64,000 bases of DNA from the NCBI GenBank assembly GCA_963744145.1, contig CAVUSO010000001.1, positions 416,001 through 480,000 of the forward strand, read 5' to 3'. Numbering within the stretch: the first letter of the stretch is position 1; the number at the start of each line of letters is the position of its first letter. The notes beneath the pieces were generated by a model, which was not told where the DNA came from, made no database searches, and worked only from the letters and a program-made list of their open reading frames with translations. This DNA comes from an uncultured cyanobacterium (GTDB lineage: Bacteria > Cyanobacteriota > Cyanobacteriia > Cyanobacteriales > CAWUOF01). Positions 31,423 to 42,383 of this stretch are shown here, piece after piece. The translations under genes and the position numbers were made by a program.

Positions 31423-31439
31423 TGTTGATAGCGATCGCC

Positions 31440-31586
31440 CTATACGGTATCTTGGTCATAGGTTATATTAAACAGCGTCTCACTCAGCCACGCTTTAAAA
31501 TCTGAGTCTTCTGTAAACTTGCAATAAGCTTCTTTATGGTAATCATAATTACGCACAAATGATTTAGCTTTTTTCTTAAAGTCATC
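31440..31586 (-). pseudogene. hsdR: Type I RM HsdR remnant (two fused pieces)
   Basis: Manual translation DDFKKKAKSFVRNYD + YHKEAYCKFTEDSDFKAWLSETLFNITY...*. Confidence 0.65.
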
Positions 31587-31779
31587 TTTCCTTACGTCCT
31601 GTTTCAGACTGCTTAACTATTCCCTGATCACTCAATATTGATAAAAGTTCTAAATCACCATATCTAGTCTCGACTATTTCCCTGAAGATCAACGAATTTC
31701 GTACAACACTCCAATGTTCTGGGACTTCTTCAATACCAGGTAATCTATGCTCTTGCTTATAAACTGGATAACGCTTCAT
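31582..31779 (-). pseudogene. hsdS: Type I RM HsdS N-terminal fragment
   Basis: MKRYPVYK...EEVPEHWSV...LLSI....GIV. Confidence 0.8.
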
Positions 31780-32228
31780 TCTAAGATTTCATCCTCAACT
31801 AATTTATATTCCCCATTTATTGTATCCTTCATAATCAATTCTGCAAAAAGAGAAGCAGAAATAATCAAAGTATTCCCTCAACTCTAAACTTCGGTAAAAT
31901 TGCGATCGCCTGTAATTAAAAAATCAGCATGAGCTGCAATCGCTCATTCCAGAAACTTAACATCTTTCCGATCTCTAGAAAAATCTATTTTTGGAGAAAC
32001 ATCAACAAGGTGAGTTGAGTTTTGAATCAAACTTAGCCATCTGACTTTTTGATCATCAGTTAATTTTAGTTTTCTTCTAGCTAATACCTCCCGATACTCT
32101 GCTAAAATCTCTTCTGAAACTCCCCATTCATAGTTAGATTGAGCAATAATACAAGCAATAATAGCTTTTGGTTTTCTACCAGCGATCGCCGCATATACTA
32201 GAATATTAGTATCTATCAATACTCTCAT
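31776..32228 (-). pseudogene. PIN-domain toxin with three in-frame stops
   Basis: MRVLIDTNILV ... RDRKDVKFLE*AIAAHADFLITGDRNFTEV*S*; final stop overlaps hsdS ATG. Confidence 0.85.
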
Positions 32229-32389
32229 TCTCCTCTCCGATAAGCATCAATTTCTTCAGCAATTTCTGCTTCATTTAAACAATTATCAAAGTGTAAAGCT
32301 TGCGTTTCTTCACACAAGTCAATAAACTTTCTAGCTAAAGTTTGTCTGTCTAGATCTGAGCGATCATTATTTTTAATTTCCTGCATCAT
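32225..32389 (-). CDS. Putative antitoxin of the PIN toxin (54 aa, possibly 5'-truncated)
   Basis: Ends LNEAEIAEEIDAYRRGE; ATGA overlap with the PIN start. Confidence 0.65.
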   Translation of the reverse strand: MMQEIKNNDRSDLDRQTLARKFIDLCEETQALHFDNCLNEAEIAEEIDAYRRGE

Positions 32390-32466
32390 TTTAACTTTCC
32401 TATCTAGTAAGCTTTTTACTTGGATTGAGAATAATTCGGATCATAAATTGCTGCTCTTTTTGTTAA

Positions 32467-32706
32467 TTACTCCTCACTCAGAATCTGACGCAAAACCCCC
32501 TCTGTTAGTGATTCTAATGCCAAAATATCTGCCGTTATTTCCTCCAAACTCCGTAATAGCTTAAACCGATAAAAATACTTAGTAAATGAAATTTCATAAC
32601 CCCTGACTGTCTTATCATAATCGATCCAAGCATCCGGAACATGGGGCAAAACTTCACGGGTAAAATAGTCATCAATATTTTCTTTAATGGGACACTTTCT
32701 GTCTCT
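32467..32706 (-). pseudogene. hsdM: Type I RM HsdM C-terminal fragment
   Basis: ENIDDYFTREVLPHVPDAWID...GYEISFTKYFY...RSLEEITADI. Confidence 0.85.
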
Positions 32707-33464
32707 ACTGGAAGAAATTTATAAGTCTGTTCAGGTGTTGTAATAAAGTCAACCCAAACGCTTAGGTGAAGTGGAACTGATTTCTTATCCTCTTTTGAGA
32801 GATTAAATTCATCTTCTAATTGAATGGCTGATATATTACCCTTTTCTGTAAAGTCTTGTTAGTGGTCGAGCAAGTCGAAGAACGCAACAAACATCTGGGA
32901 CTGGAGTTAAATGAACCCCAACCGCGTTTCTTTTAAAGAACTTACTCAATAAAGAGCGAAACTTTGTCCAAGATATCAGTCGAAAAACCCTGTTCAAGTG
33001 TAGTATCTTCTCCCCGAACCTCTCTAGTGTTTCTATTGCGATAGAAAAATTCTATTGCACCAGTTGCAAAGATTTCGCACTCTAAGTAGTATTCAGATTT
33101 TGACCATGTGTACATGAAATTATCTAGTGAATCAAGATATAATCGAAGCCCCTGGTATCGTTGTCGTTGATGATTGATAGCCTATCAAACCAATATCTAG
33201 CTGTCTTAGAGGATAAAGCTGATAATATTTGCTACCTTCAGCATTTCCAAAATTAGCCGATATCTGTGCTGGTGAACGAATTGGTTTAACCATTCTGACA
33301 GAAGTAGCAGGATTCTTTTTTTTCAGATCGGTCAGTGAGGTTGTTAAGAGAGTTTCTTGATATTCTCGTTCTTGTTTTTCCAATGGAGATCTAGTCATAA
33401 TGTCTTTCACCTTCTTGTAGAGGATACTGTTCGCAAATATCACAGACAAGATCAGACGACTCAA
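32707..33464 (-). pseudogene. Degraded two-gene pair of unknown function
   Basis: Frameshifted pieces: DNFMYTWSKSEYYLECEIFATGAIEFFYRNR... (stop at 32942) and ...EFNLSKEDKKSVPLHLSVWVDFITTPEQ. Confidence 0.5.
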
Positions 33465-33559
33465 GAACGTAAAAAGACTCCCTCTCTAGCTTACCTTCAT
33501 CTCGACATTCCTTCGATCAAGTAAAAAGCTCTAATCAGCAAGATCCAACTCTATTTGCT

Positions 33560-33620
33560 GATCTAAAACTTGATTTTTGAGTAAATGATTTTATTAGGCA
33601 GTAAATGACTTTATTGTTTC
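33560..33620 (-). mobile_element. Possible degenerate Tn7-like transposon end at the glmS attachment site
   Basis: 20-bp periodic AATAAAGTCATTTACT / AATAAAATCATTTACT repeats starting about 25 bp after the glmS stop. Confidence 0.5.
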
Positions 33621-33642
33621 TATGTTATCCATTATCTATTTC

Positions 33643-35517
33643 CTACTCCACTGTCACAGACTTGGCCAAATTTCGAGGCTGATCTACATCTAAACCACGT
33701 AATGCTGCAATATGATAAGCTAAAAGCTGTAAAGGAATCAAAGTTAATACTGGAGAAAGTAACTCATCTACGGCTGGTACTGATAACAAATCATTAAATA
33801 TTTCCGCCGCATCAGGGTTATCTTTAGGAGTAACTCCAATTAAACGTGCATCCCGCGCTTTAGCTTCTTGAGCATTAGAAAGAGATTTTTCATAAACACT
33901 ACCGGGCATCGCGATCGTCACTACGGGAACTTTTTGATCTAACAAGGCGATCGGACCATGTTTTAACTCACCCGCTGGATAACCTTCGGCATGAATATAA
34001 CTAATTTCCTTTAACTTTAAAGCCCCTTCCAACGCGATCGGATAATTAATCCCACGTCCCACAAAAATAAAATCCTTCGTCTCGGCAAACTGATGAGCTA
34101 ACTCGGCAATATGATGTTCTTGACTTGCTAAAACTTGTTCAATTTGCTCGGGTAATTTCCGCAACCCGACCATAATTTCTTCTATCTGTTGAGCTGAAAT
34201 AGCATGATCACGATAGCCTAAATCCAAAGCCAAAGCATAAAAAGCAATTAACTGAGCTACAAAAGATTTAGTCGCAGCTACACCAATTTCAATCCCAGCA
34301 TAAGTATTAATAATCTGAGGTACTAATCGAGCCAAAGAACTATCAGGACGATTAGTAATTCCTAGTAACCGGGATTTATATTTAGAACCTTGAGCAGCAC
34401 AGCGATGTTCTTCCATGGCTAAAGCAGCTAAAGTATCAGCAGTCTCTCCTGATTGAGTAATGCCGATCGTCAAAGTATTAGATCTCAAAGGTGGGGGTGC
34501 ATAACGAAACTCAGAGGCATAATGTACAGTTGTGGGAATTCCAGCTAACTGTTCGAGTAGGTATTTACCGACCAAACCAGCGTGCCAACTAGTGCCACAA
34601 GCAACTATTTGGATTTGGGCTAAATCTTGATAAAACTCATCTGGTAAATTAAACTTAATCGGCATTTCCGGCGATTCAGGGTGCCAGTTACTATTCAGAT
34701 AAGCCTCTAAACAAACCCGAACTACACCCGGTTGCTCATAGATTTCCTTGAGCATGAAATGTTTAAACCCTTGTTTTTCTACCAGAATGGGATTCCATCC
34801 TAAGAGCTGAGGATTTTTCTTTAACCGATGACCATCAAAGTCATAAACTTCCACACCCAGAGGAGTAAGACGAGCCATTTCCCGATTTTCTAACGGTAAA
34901 ACCGCTCGAGTATAGGACACTAAAGCAGGTGTATCGGAAGCACAGAAAAATTCACCTTGACCAAATCCAATCACTAGGGGTGCTTGTTGTCTAACAGCAA
35001 TCAACTCATCTGGATAATCCGCAGCTAAAACTGCGATCGCAAAAGCTCCTTGTAATTCAGCTACCGTTAACCGGACCGCATCTAAAAAAGAAGTATCAGG
35101 TTTAGCCAAATATTCAGCAATTAAATGGGGAATAACTTCTGTATCAGTTTCAGAGACAAATTTATGTCCGCGACTTTTCAGACCATCCCGCAATTCTCGA
35201 TAATTTTCAATAATGCCATTTTGCACTACCGCTACCCGTTGCGCTGTATCAAGATGGGGATGAGCATTATGTTCTTCCGGTTTACCGTGTGTGGCCCAAC
35301 GAGTATGACCAATACCGATCTGAGCCGGAGTTTGAATATTAAATAATTTTTCTCGCAGATTATTAAGTTTACCTTTAGCCCGAATACAATGAATTTTATC
35401 TTCCCAAATGGTCGCCAGACCCGCAGAATCATAGCCCCGATATTCTAACTTTTCTAAACCTGCTAGTAAAATTTCACTGGCCGCTTGAGTGCCGATATAG
35501 CCAACAATTCCACACAT
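33643..35517 (-). CDS. glmS: Glutamine-fructose-6-phosphate transaminase
   Basis: MCGIVG, LEYRGYDSAG, GHTRWATHG, PRNLAKSVTVE. Confidence 0.98.
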   Translation of the reverse strand: MCGIVGYIGTQAASEILLAGLEKLEYRGYDSAGLATIWEDKIHCIRAKGKLNNLREKLFNIQTPAQIGIGHTRWATHGKPEEHNAHPHLDTAQRVAVVQNGIIENYRELRDGLKSRGHKFVSETDTEVIPHLIAEYLAKPDTSFLDAVRLTVAELQGAFAIAVLAADYPDELIAVRQQAPLVIGFGQGEFFCASDTPALVSYTRAVLPLENREMARLTPLGVEVYDFDGHRLKKNPQLLGWNPILVEKQGFKHFMLKEIYEQPGVVRVCLEAYLNSNWHPESPEMPIKFNLPDEFYQDLAQIQIVACGTSWHAGLVGKYLLEQLAGIPTTVHYASEFRYAPPPLRSNTLTIGITQSGETADTLAALAMEEHRCAAQGSKYKSRLLGITNRPDSSLARLVPQIINTYAGIEIGVAATKSFVAQLIAFYALALDLGYRDHAISAQQIEEIMVGLRKLPEQIEQVLASQEHHIAELAHQFAETKDFIFVGRGINYPIALEGALKLKEISYIHAEGYPAGELKHGPIALLDQKVPVVTIAMPGSVYEKSLSNAQEAKARDARLIGVTPKDNPDAAEIFNDLLSVPAVDELLSPVLTLIPLQLLAYHIAALRGLDVDQPRNLAKSVTVE

Positions 35518-35691
35518 TTAACCTAAACTCCTAGTTAATTCTGGATTTGGTTAGTCAAAGCCTGATCAAATTAAAATAGATTTACCCTAGCGTAAATCTG
35601 ACAATTTATATAACTAACTTGCTTTGATATTCTGTTAACTGCAATTATATTCCGGAATATTGACATTGGCCAATTAATCAACAGTTTTGAC

Positions 35692-35718
35692 AAAACAGGG
35701 GAGCAATTTGCTCCCCTG
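35692..35718 (-). terminator. psaC intrinsic terminator
   Basis: CAGGGGAGCA-AAT-TGCTCCCCTG then TTTT on the minus strand. Confidence 0.8.
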
Positions 35719-35774
35719 AAATCTGAAAAATTTGCAGATGGATATGAGTGGACTTGAGTCTGTAGTAAATCTAC

Positions 35775-36047
<273 letters not shown>

Positions 36048-36206
36048 CTACCACCACAACTGAGAATCATCGCTTAGTTTACCGTAGCAATCTTAATAAT
36101 TCATGCAAAAGGTAACAGAACTTAAAAATTCGCAATCCCTTATACAATAAAAGGTTAGAGTCTCGCTGCGCCAAACTTAAATGTAAAGAAAGATTGCGTT
36201 ATATTT

Positions 36207-37121
36207 TCAGGTGTTTGAGATCCCGAGTTTTTCTAATAAAGGCTGAGTAGAAACAACATGGCGATCTAGGCCCAGGGTTTGGGGCGAAATACCTAGAGCT
36301 AAAGCCACTAATTGAGGTAAATGCAGAACTGGGAGAGCTAATTTATGTCCAATTAACTTTTCCACCTCGGGTTGTCGGGAATCTAACTGGAGGTGACAAA
36401 GAGGACAAGGAGTTACCAAACAATCAGCCCCATGGTCAAGTGCTTCCTGAATATGATTAGCTGCCATTTGAAAAGCTTGATTAGGAGCATAACTCGAAAT
36501 CGGCCAACCACAACATTGAGTACGTCCTTGATAATAAATCGGCGTCGCCCCAATTGCCCGAAAAACATTTTCCATCGATTCCGGTTGATGGGGGTCATCA
36601 CCCGGCAAATTTGTTTGGCCCCGAAGCAGATAACAGCCATAAAATGCAGCGCAGTTAAGACCAGTAAGTTGACGAGTGACTCGACTTTGGATCTCGGCTA
36701 AACCATAATCAGCAACTAAAGCCCAAAGCAGATGCTTTACTTCTGTATTACCTTGATAAGGTGAACAACCCTCTTTTTGCAGTAAGCTATTAACTTGGCT
36801 AAGATAAGTTGGATCTGTATGCTGAAATTCCTTAAGTCGCTCATCTACATGGCCAATAACGCCTTGACAGGTGCTACAATGGGTCAGCAACGGCAGATTT
36901 AATTTCTCAGCTAAAGCAATATTACGACCATTGATCGTATCTTCTAAGAGTTGAGAATCCTCTTTAAAGGTGCCAGACCCACAGCAAGATGCTTGTTTGA
37001 GTTCTATCAGTTCAATCCCTAGCGCTTGAGTCAGCGCTTCGGTAGACTGGTAAAGTTCGCGACAAGCTCCTTGGGCAACACAACCAGGGAAATAAGCATA
37101 TCTAAGTTTCTTGGATAACAT
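36207..37121 (-). CDS. Heterodisulfide reductase subunit B-like CCG-domain protein
   Basis: YFPGC, SCCGSG, CSTC, FYGC, QCCG, TPCPLC. Confidence 0.9.
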   Translation of the reverse strand: MLSKKLRYAYFPGCVAQGACRELYQSTEALTQALGIELIELKQASCCGSGTFKEDSQLLEDTINGRNIALAEKLNLPLLTHCSTCQGVIGHVDERLKEFQHTDPTYLSQVNSLLQKEGCSPYQGNTEVKHLLWALVADYGLAEIQSRVTRQLTGLNCAAFYGCYLLRGQTNLPGDDPHQPESMENVFRAIGATPIYYQGRTQCCGWPISSYAPNQAFQMAANHIQEALDHGADCLVTPCPLCHLQLDSRQPEVEKLIGHKLALPVLHLPQLVALALGISPQTLGLDRHVVSTQPLLEKLGISNT

Positions 37122-37341
37122 AGCTTTGGGTAAATTTTGAATACTCGCACTAAAAATGAAGGAGAAAATGACCCGATAATAAATATCATGCCTTGTCCGT
37201 AGTTATTGCACTCATTTAAATTTGAGTGGCAAAATTACCTAGTGTCACTTATAAAAAAGGCTATTCATAGATAAAACTCGATCGCCTTTCAGATAAGATG
37301 AGAAAACGCTAAACAGTAAGTCTACCCAAAAAAAATCCATT

Positions 37342-37587
37342 ATGAGCCAAACCGATGTTTTTGAGAAAGTGAAAAAGATAGTAGCCGAACAGTTATCAGT
37401 GGAGCCAGAAAAAATTACGCCTGAGTCCAATTTTGCCAATGATCTGGGAGCTGATTCCCTTGATACAGTAGAATTGGTAATGGCATTAGAAGAAGATTTT
37501 GACATCGAAATTCCTGACGAAGCCGCAGAAAAAATAACCACAGTCCAAGATGCTGTGGATTATATCAAAAACCAAACAGCAGCCTAA
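37342..37587 (+). CDS. acpP: Acyl carrier protein
   Basis: [18 protein letters not shown]. Confidence 0.98.
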   Translation: MSQTDVFEKVKKIVAEQLSVEPEKITPESNFANDLGADSLDTVELVMALEEDFDIEIPDEAAEKITTVQDAVDYIKNQTAA

Positions 37588-37651
37588 GTGCGGCATCTTT
37601 AATCTAACTGGGTTCTGCGTTCTTGGAGCTTAAACCCTCGAAACTGACATC

Positions 37652-38906
37652 ATGGCATATTTTCAAAGTAAACGGGTTGTTGTCACGGGTCTCGGCGCGA
37701 TTACACCGATCGGCAATACCCTAGCTAATTATTGGGAAGGGTTATTGAGTGGGCGCAATGGTATTGGCCCAATATCTTTGTTTGATGCTCGTCGGCACGA
37801 CTGTAGGATCGCTGGTGAAGTGAAGGATTTCGATCCTCACATTTATATGGATCGCAAAGAAGCCAAGCGCATGGACCGCTTTGCCCAATTTGCTGTTTCT
37901 GCCAGCAAGCAAGCGATTCAAGACGCACAGTTTGTGATCAATGACCTGAACGCAGAACAAGTAGGCGTCATCATTGGCACGGGAATTGGAGGTCTGAAGG
38001 TGTTAGAAGATCAGCAAGAAGTCTATCTCACCCGCGGCCCAGATCGTTGTAGCCCCTTTATGATTCCCACCATGATTGCTAATATGGCAGCAGGATTAAC
38101 CGCGATCCATACTGGCGCAAAAGGACCAAATTCTTGTCCAGTCACGGCGTCTGTGCTGCGGGTTCAAATGCTGTGGGCGATGCCTTTCGTCTAATTCAAA
38201 GAGGCTATGCCCAAGCTATGATTTGTGGTGGCACCGAAGCTGCAGTCACACCCCTATCATTTGCTGGATTCGCTGCGGCTAGAGCCCTATCTACGCGCAA
38301 TGATGATCCCAGTCATGCCTGTCGCCCGTTTGATCTCCATCGCGATGGTTTTGTGATGGGTGAAGGAGTGGGAATTCTGATCATTGAAGAACTTGAACAT
38401 GCCCTGAGTCGTGGGGCGAAAATCTATGCGGAAATAATTGGTTATGGGATGACTTGTGATGCTTATCACATCACATCACCGGTGCCAGGAGGAATCGGCG
38501 CAGCTACGGCAATTCAATTGGCCATAAAAGACGCAGGTTTAAAACCAGAAGAAGTGAGCTACATTAACGCTCACGGACCAGTACCCCCGCCAATGATTCG
38601 ACAGAAACAGCTGCCATTAAAAAAGCATTAGGAGCCCATGCTCACCAAGTAGCAATTAGCTCCACCAAATCAATGACAGGTCATTTGTTAGGTGGATCAG
38701 GTGGGATTGAAGCTGTAGCTACGGTCATGGCGATCGCCCATGATCAAATTCCACCCACGATCAATCTGAAAAATCCAGATCCAGCCTGTGATCTGGACTA
38801 CGTTCCCAATCAGAGTCGTGCCCAAAAAGTAGAGGTGGCCTTATCCAACTCCTTTGGATTTGGTGGTCACAATGTTACTCTGGCGTTTAGAAAATTCCAT
38901 TACTAA
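37652..38906 (+). CDS. fabF: Beta-ketoacyl-ACP synthase II (apparent frameshifts near 38150 and 38577)
   Basis: [49 protein letters not shown] spread over three frames. Confidence 0.95.
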
Positions 38907-39133
38907 TTGCTCAGTCGCAATTGTGACAGCCGGACTGAGGGATAACAGCCCACATTTCACCGCATCGATTTTCAATTAGAAATGAGAAATTCTTGCCCAT
39001 AAATCCCCATGATGGGATTATGGGTAATAACGTCTTGGGGGTGATCCGAAAACACCCAAACCATGAGACGCGATAACCTTATATATTTCTCTCAACCTCG
39101 CTCATCACAGTTAGACACTCACTCATAAAAATC

Positions 39134-41140
39134 ATGCCTGTTGCAACCCAATCCCTCGAAGCACTCTGTATCAATTCCATCCGCTTTCTGGCAATTGATG
39201 CCGTTGAAAAAGCCAAATCTGGACACCCAGGGCTGCCTATGGGCGCAGCACCAATGGCCTTTGTCCTCTGGGATCGCTTTATGCGGTTTAACCCCAAAAA
39301 TCCTCAATGGTTTAATCGCGATCGCTTTGTCCTCTCCGCTGGCCACGGCTGTATGTTGCAGTATGCCCTGATGTATCTGACTGGCTACGACAGTGTTACT
39401 CTCGATGACATTAAGCAATTCCGTCAGTGGGAATCTAAAACCCCCGGTCACCCGGAAAACTTTATGACGGAAGGGGTAGAAGTAACAACTGGCCCCCTCG
39501 GACAAGGTATTGCGAATGGGGTCGGATTAGCGATCGCAGAAGCCCACCTAGCCGCTAAATTCAATCAGCCAGATCACAAAATCGTAGACCACTACACCTA
39601 CGTGATCTTAGGTGACGGTTGCAACATGGAAGGTGTTTCTGGTGAAGCTTGTTCCCTAGCTGGACATTTGGGTCTGGGTAAGCTAATTGCTCTCTACGAT
39701 GACAATCACATTTCCATTGACGGTTCTACGGACATTTCTTTTACCGAAGATGTGGGTAAGCGTTTTGAAGCTTATGGTTGGCACGTCATCCATGTGGCCG
39801 ATGGTAATACCGATCTTAACGCAATTGAACAAGCGATCGCTGCTGCCAAAGCGGTTACGGATAAACCATCTCTCCTAAAAATTACCACCACCATTGGTTA
39901 TGGCTCGCCCAATAAAGGCAATAGTGCTGATGCTCACGGTGCAGCGTTGGGTCCAGATGAAGTAAAAGCTACTCGCGAAAGCCTCCAGTGGGAATATCCA
40001 CCCTTTGAATTACCAGCAGACGCGCTGAAGCACTTCCGTCAAGCAATCGATCGAGGCGCTCAAGCGGAATCAGAATGGAATAAAACCTTTGCTGATTACA
40101 AAGCTAAATATCCTGAAGCTGCGGCAGAATTTGAGCGTCTGGTCAGCCATAAGCTCCCGGATGGTTGGGAAAAAGCCTTACCTACCTATACTCCTGCAGA
40201 TAAAGCTGTTGCTACCCGCAAACACTCGGAAATTTGCCTGAATGCTCTAGCAAAAGTTTTACCAGAACTAATTGGTGGTTCGGCGGACTTAACCCACTCT
40301 AACTACACTGAATTAAAAGGTTTTGGTAACTTCCAAAAAGGACAATACGCGAATCGGAACCTCCGGTTTGGAGTTCGGGAACATGGAATGGGCGCAATTT
40401 GTAACGGAATTGCCCTCCACGGCTCCGGTTTAATTCCTTATGGTGCCACTTTCCTAGTCTTTACCGACTATATGCGTGCGGCGATCCGGATTTCTGCCCT
40501 ATCCCGTGCTGGTTCAATTTGGGTAATGACTCACGACTCGATCGCTTTGGGTGAAGATGGTCCAACTCACCAACCAATTGAAACTATTCCATCTTTACGA
40601 GCCATCCCCGATTTATTAGTAATTCGTCCTGCGGATGGTAATGAAACTTCTGGAGCTTATAAAATCGCCATTGAAAATCGTCAACGTCCGACTTTATTAG
40701 CCCTATCTCGTCAAAATCTGACTAACTTAGCTGGTAGTTCGATCGAACAAGTGGCTAAGGGGGCTTATATTCTTTCTGACAGCGAAGGGACTCCAGACAT
40801 TATTCTAATTGGTACTGGTGGTGAAACTGAGCTAGTAGTTAAAGCCGCAGAACAGTTACGTGCTGTAGGTAAAAAAGTTCGTGTAGTCTCTTTCCCATGC
40901 TGGGAATTATTTGAAGAACAAGATGAAGCTTATCGGGAATCTGTATTCCCTAAAGCTGTGACTAAGCGTCTAGCTGTGGAAGCTGGTTCTAGTTTTGGTT
41001 GGCACCGTTATTTAGGTAATGAAGGTGCTATAATCAGCATTGATCGTTTTGGCGCTTCGGCTCCTGGTAATGTAGTTTTGGAAAAGTTTGGTTTTACCGT
41101 TGATAATGTGGTTGCTCAAGCTAAGGAATTGTTAGGATAA
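39134..41140 (+). CDS. tkt: Transketolase
   Basis: [29 protein letters not shown]. Confidence 0.98.
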   Translation: MPVATQSLEALCINSIRFLAIDAVEKAKSGHPGLPMGAAPMAFVLWDRFMRFNPKNPQWFNRDRFVLSAGHGCMLQYALMYLTGYDSVTLDDIKQFRQWESKTPGHPENFMTEGVEVTTGPLGQGIANGVGLAIAEAHLAAKFNQPDHKIVDHYTYVILGDGCNMEGVSGEACSLAGHLGLGKLIALYDDNHISIDGSTDISFTEDVGKRFEAYGWHVIHVADGNTDLNAIEQAIAAAKAVTDKPSLLKITTTIGYGSPNKGNSADAHGAALGPDEVKATRESLQWEYPPFELPADALKHFRQAIDRGAQAESEWNKTFADYKAKYPEAAAEFERLVSHKLPDGWEKALPTYTPADKAVATRKHSEICLNALAKVLPELIGGSADLTHSNYTELKGFGNFQKGQYANRNLRFGVREHGMGAICNGIALHGSGLIPYGATFLVFTDYMRAAIRISALSRAGSIWVMTHDSIALGEDGPTHQPIETIPSLRAIPDLLVIRPADGNETSGAYKIAIENRQRPTLLALSRQNLTNLAGSSIEQVAKGAYILSDSEGTPDIILIGTGGETELVVKAAEQLRAVGKKVRVVSFPCWELFEEQDEAYRESVFPKAVTKRLAVEAGSSFGWHRYLGNEGAIISIDRFGASAPGNVVLEKFGFTVDNVVAQAKELLG

Positions 41141-41165
41141 ATTCTTTACGAAAAATACCCCATTC

Positions 41166-41196
41166 AAAAGGCTCTCTATTACTAGAGAGCTTTTTT
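41166..41196 (+). terminator. tkt intrinsic terminator
   Basis: GCTCTCTA-TTAC-TAGAGAGC followed by T6. Confidence 0.85.
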
Positions 41197-41203
41197 ATAT
41201 CCT

Positions 41204-41337
41204 CATCCGGTTCAGTTAAGGATATTTTTGAGAATCTCGGCGCAGAAGAGGGTGAAGCATTCGGGTATAATGTTACTGGCTTGATTGTTCAATTGTCGCC
41301 CGAATGCTTCACCCCTACACTTAACTGAACGGGATTG
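41204..41337. mobile_element. MITE with ~18-bp terminal inverted repeats and an internal REP-like palindrome
   Basis: GTTCAGTTAAG ... CTTAACTGAAC ends; GGGTGAAGCATTCGGG ... CCCGAATGCTTCACCC. Confidence 0.8.
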
Positions 41338-41386
41338 AAACTACCCCCACAACAGGTCTATCTTATATTTAATGGATCTGACCGAG

Positions 41387-42175
41387 TTAATTGGTATAAC
41401 CAGTTTTGGTCAAAAATTGTTGCAAATTATTAAAAAAATCATCGCGATCGTCAAAGGTATAAATTGATCTTACTTTTTGCCAACCAAGCGCACCTTGACC
41501 TAATAGATATTGATCCGCTAAATAAGCTGCTAAAGGTGCTTTGATCTTTTCTAGTGCTAAGTTGGCTTTATCGTTCTGAGCTATGTTCCAGAACCGATCA
41601 GCATTTTCTTGGATCGATTTGGGATATTCACGAGTAACATCGATTAACTGACCTTGCTGATATTGCCAAATTTGTGGGGGATAACAAGAACCAGCATAAG
41701 CTGCAAATTGATAAGCAAAACGATCATCCCTACTGTAAAATGTTAGATTATTGTTCTGGTTATAGTCTAAAACATAGTATGCTCCTCCATTACCCCAATA
41801 ATGTTTAAGAAAAATATATTGATTATTTTGGAACCTACCAATTAAAGAAATTTCACAGCAATGTGCACCACCAGTACGAAAATCTACGATTATTTCTGGT
41901 TCTCCACTTTTGTCTAAATCGATGATGAGAAGACCTGTTTTATTTAATCCCTTTTCATTCCCAACATAAACGGGATTACCTAATTCTTTGTAAGGAATAT
42001 CATAGTTATATGTCTGTCCCTGACGAGTAATTTTTAAGATACTATTTTGTCCTCTAGTATAGGAAAGTTCTGCTGATATTTGTCCAGATTGGCTCGATTT
42101 CACTTCCGCGATCGCTGGATTGGCAATTAGGACAATTCCTGGTATGGTAGCTAGTAAGAGACTTAAATTTCGCAT
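41387..42175 (-). CDS. Secreted hypothetical protein
   Basis: Signal peptide; DLDKSGEPEI, GGAHCC, DDRFAYQF, LAAYLAD. Confidence 0.8.
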   Translation of the reverse strand: MRNLSLLLATIPGIVLIANPAIAEVKSSQSGQISAELSYTRGQNSILKITRQGQTYNYDIPYKELGNPVYVGNEKGLNKTGLLIIDLDKSGEPEIIVDFRTGGAHCCEISLIGRFQNNQYIFLKHYWGNGGAYYVLDYNQNNNLTFYSRDDRFAYQFAAYAGSCYPPQIWQYQQGQLIDVTREYPKSIQENADRFWNIAQNDKANLALEKIKAPLAAYLADQYLLGQGALGWQKVRSIYTFDDRDDFFNNLQQFLTKTGYTN

Positions 42176-42383
42176 AATTGAAACCCCACACTTACTTATT
42201 GATGATCTAATGATATAACAAAATATCTGCCGGTTCAGAACGAACTGATCCTGAACATTATTATTTAGCGATCGGAGGATTGATAATTTTGACTTGATCT
42301 AAAAACTGCTTAATCTGGTCAGAACATCCCCAGCAAAAGTATACTTAGAAGTTAAAATCTAGTTAAATCTATACTTTACTTCC

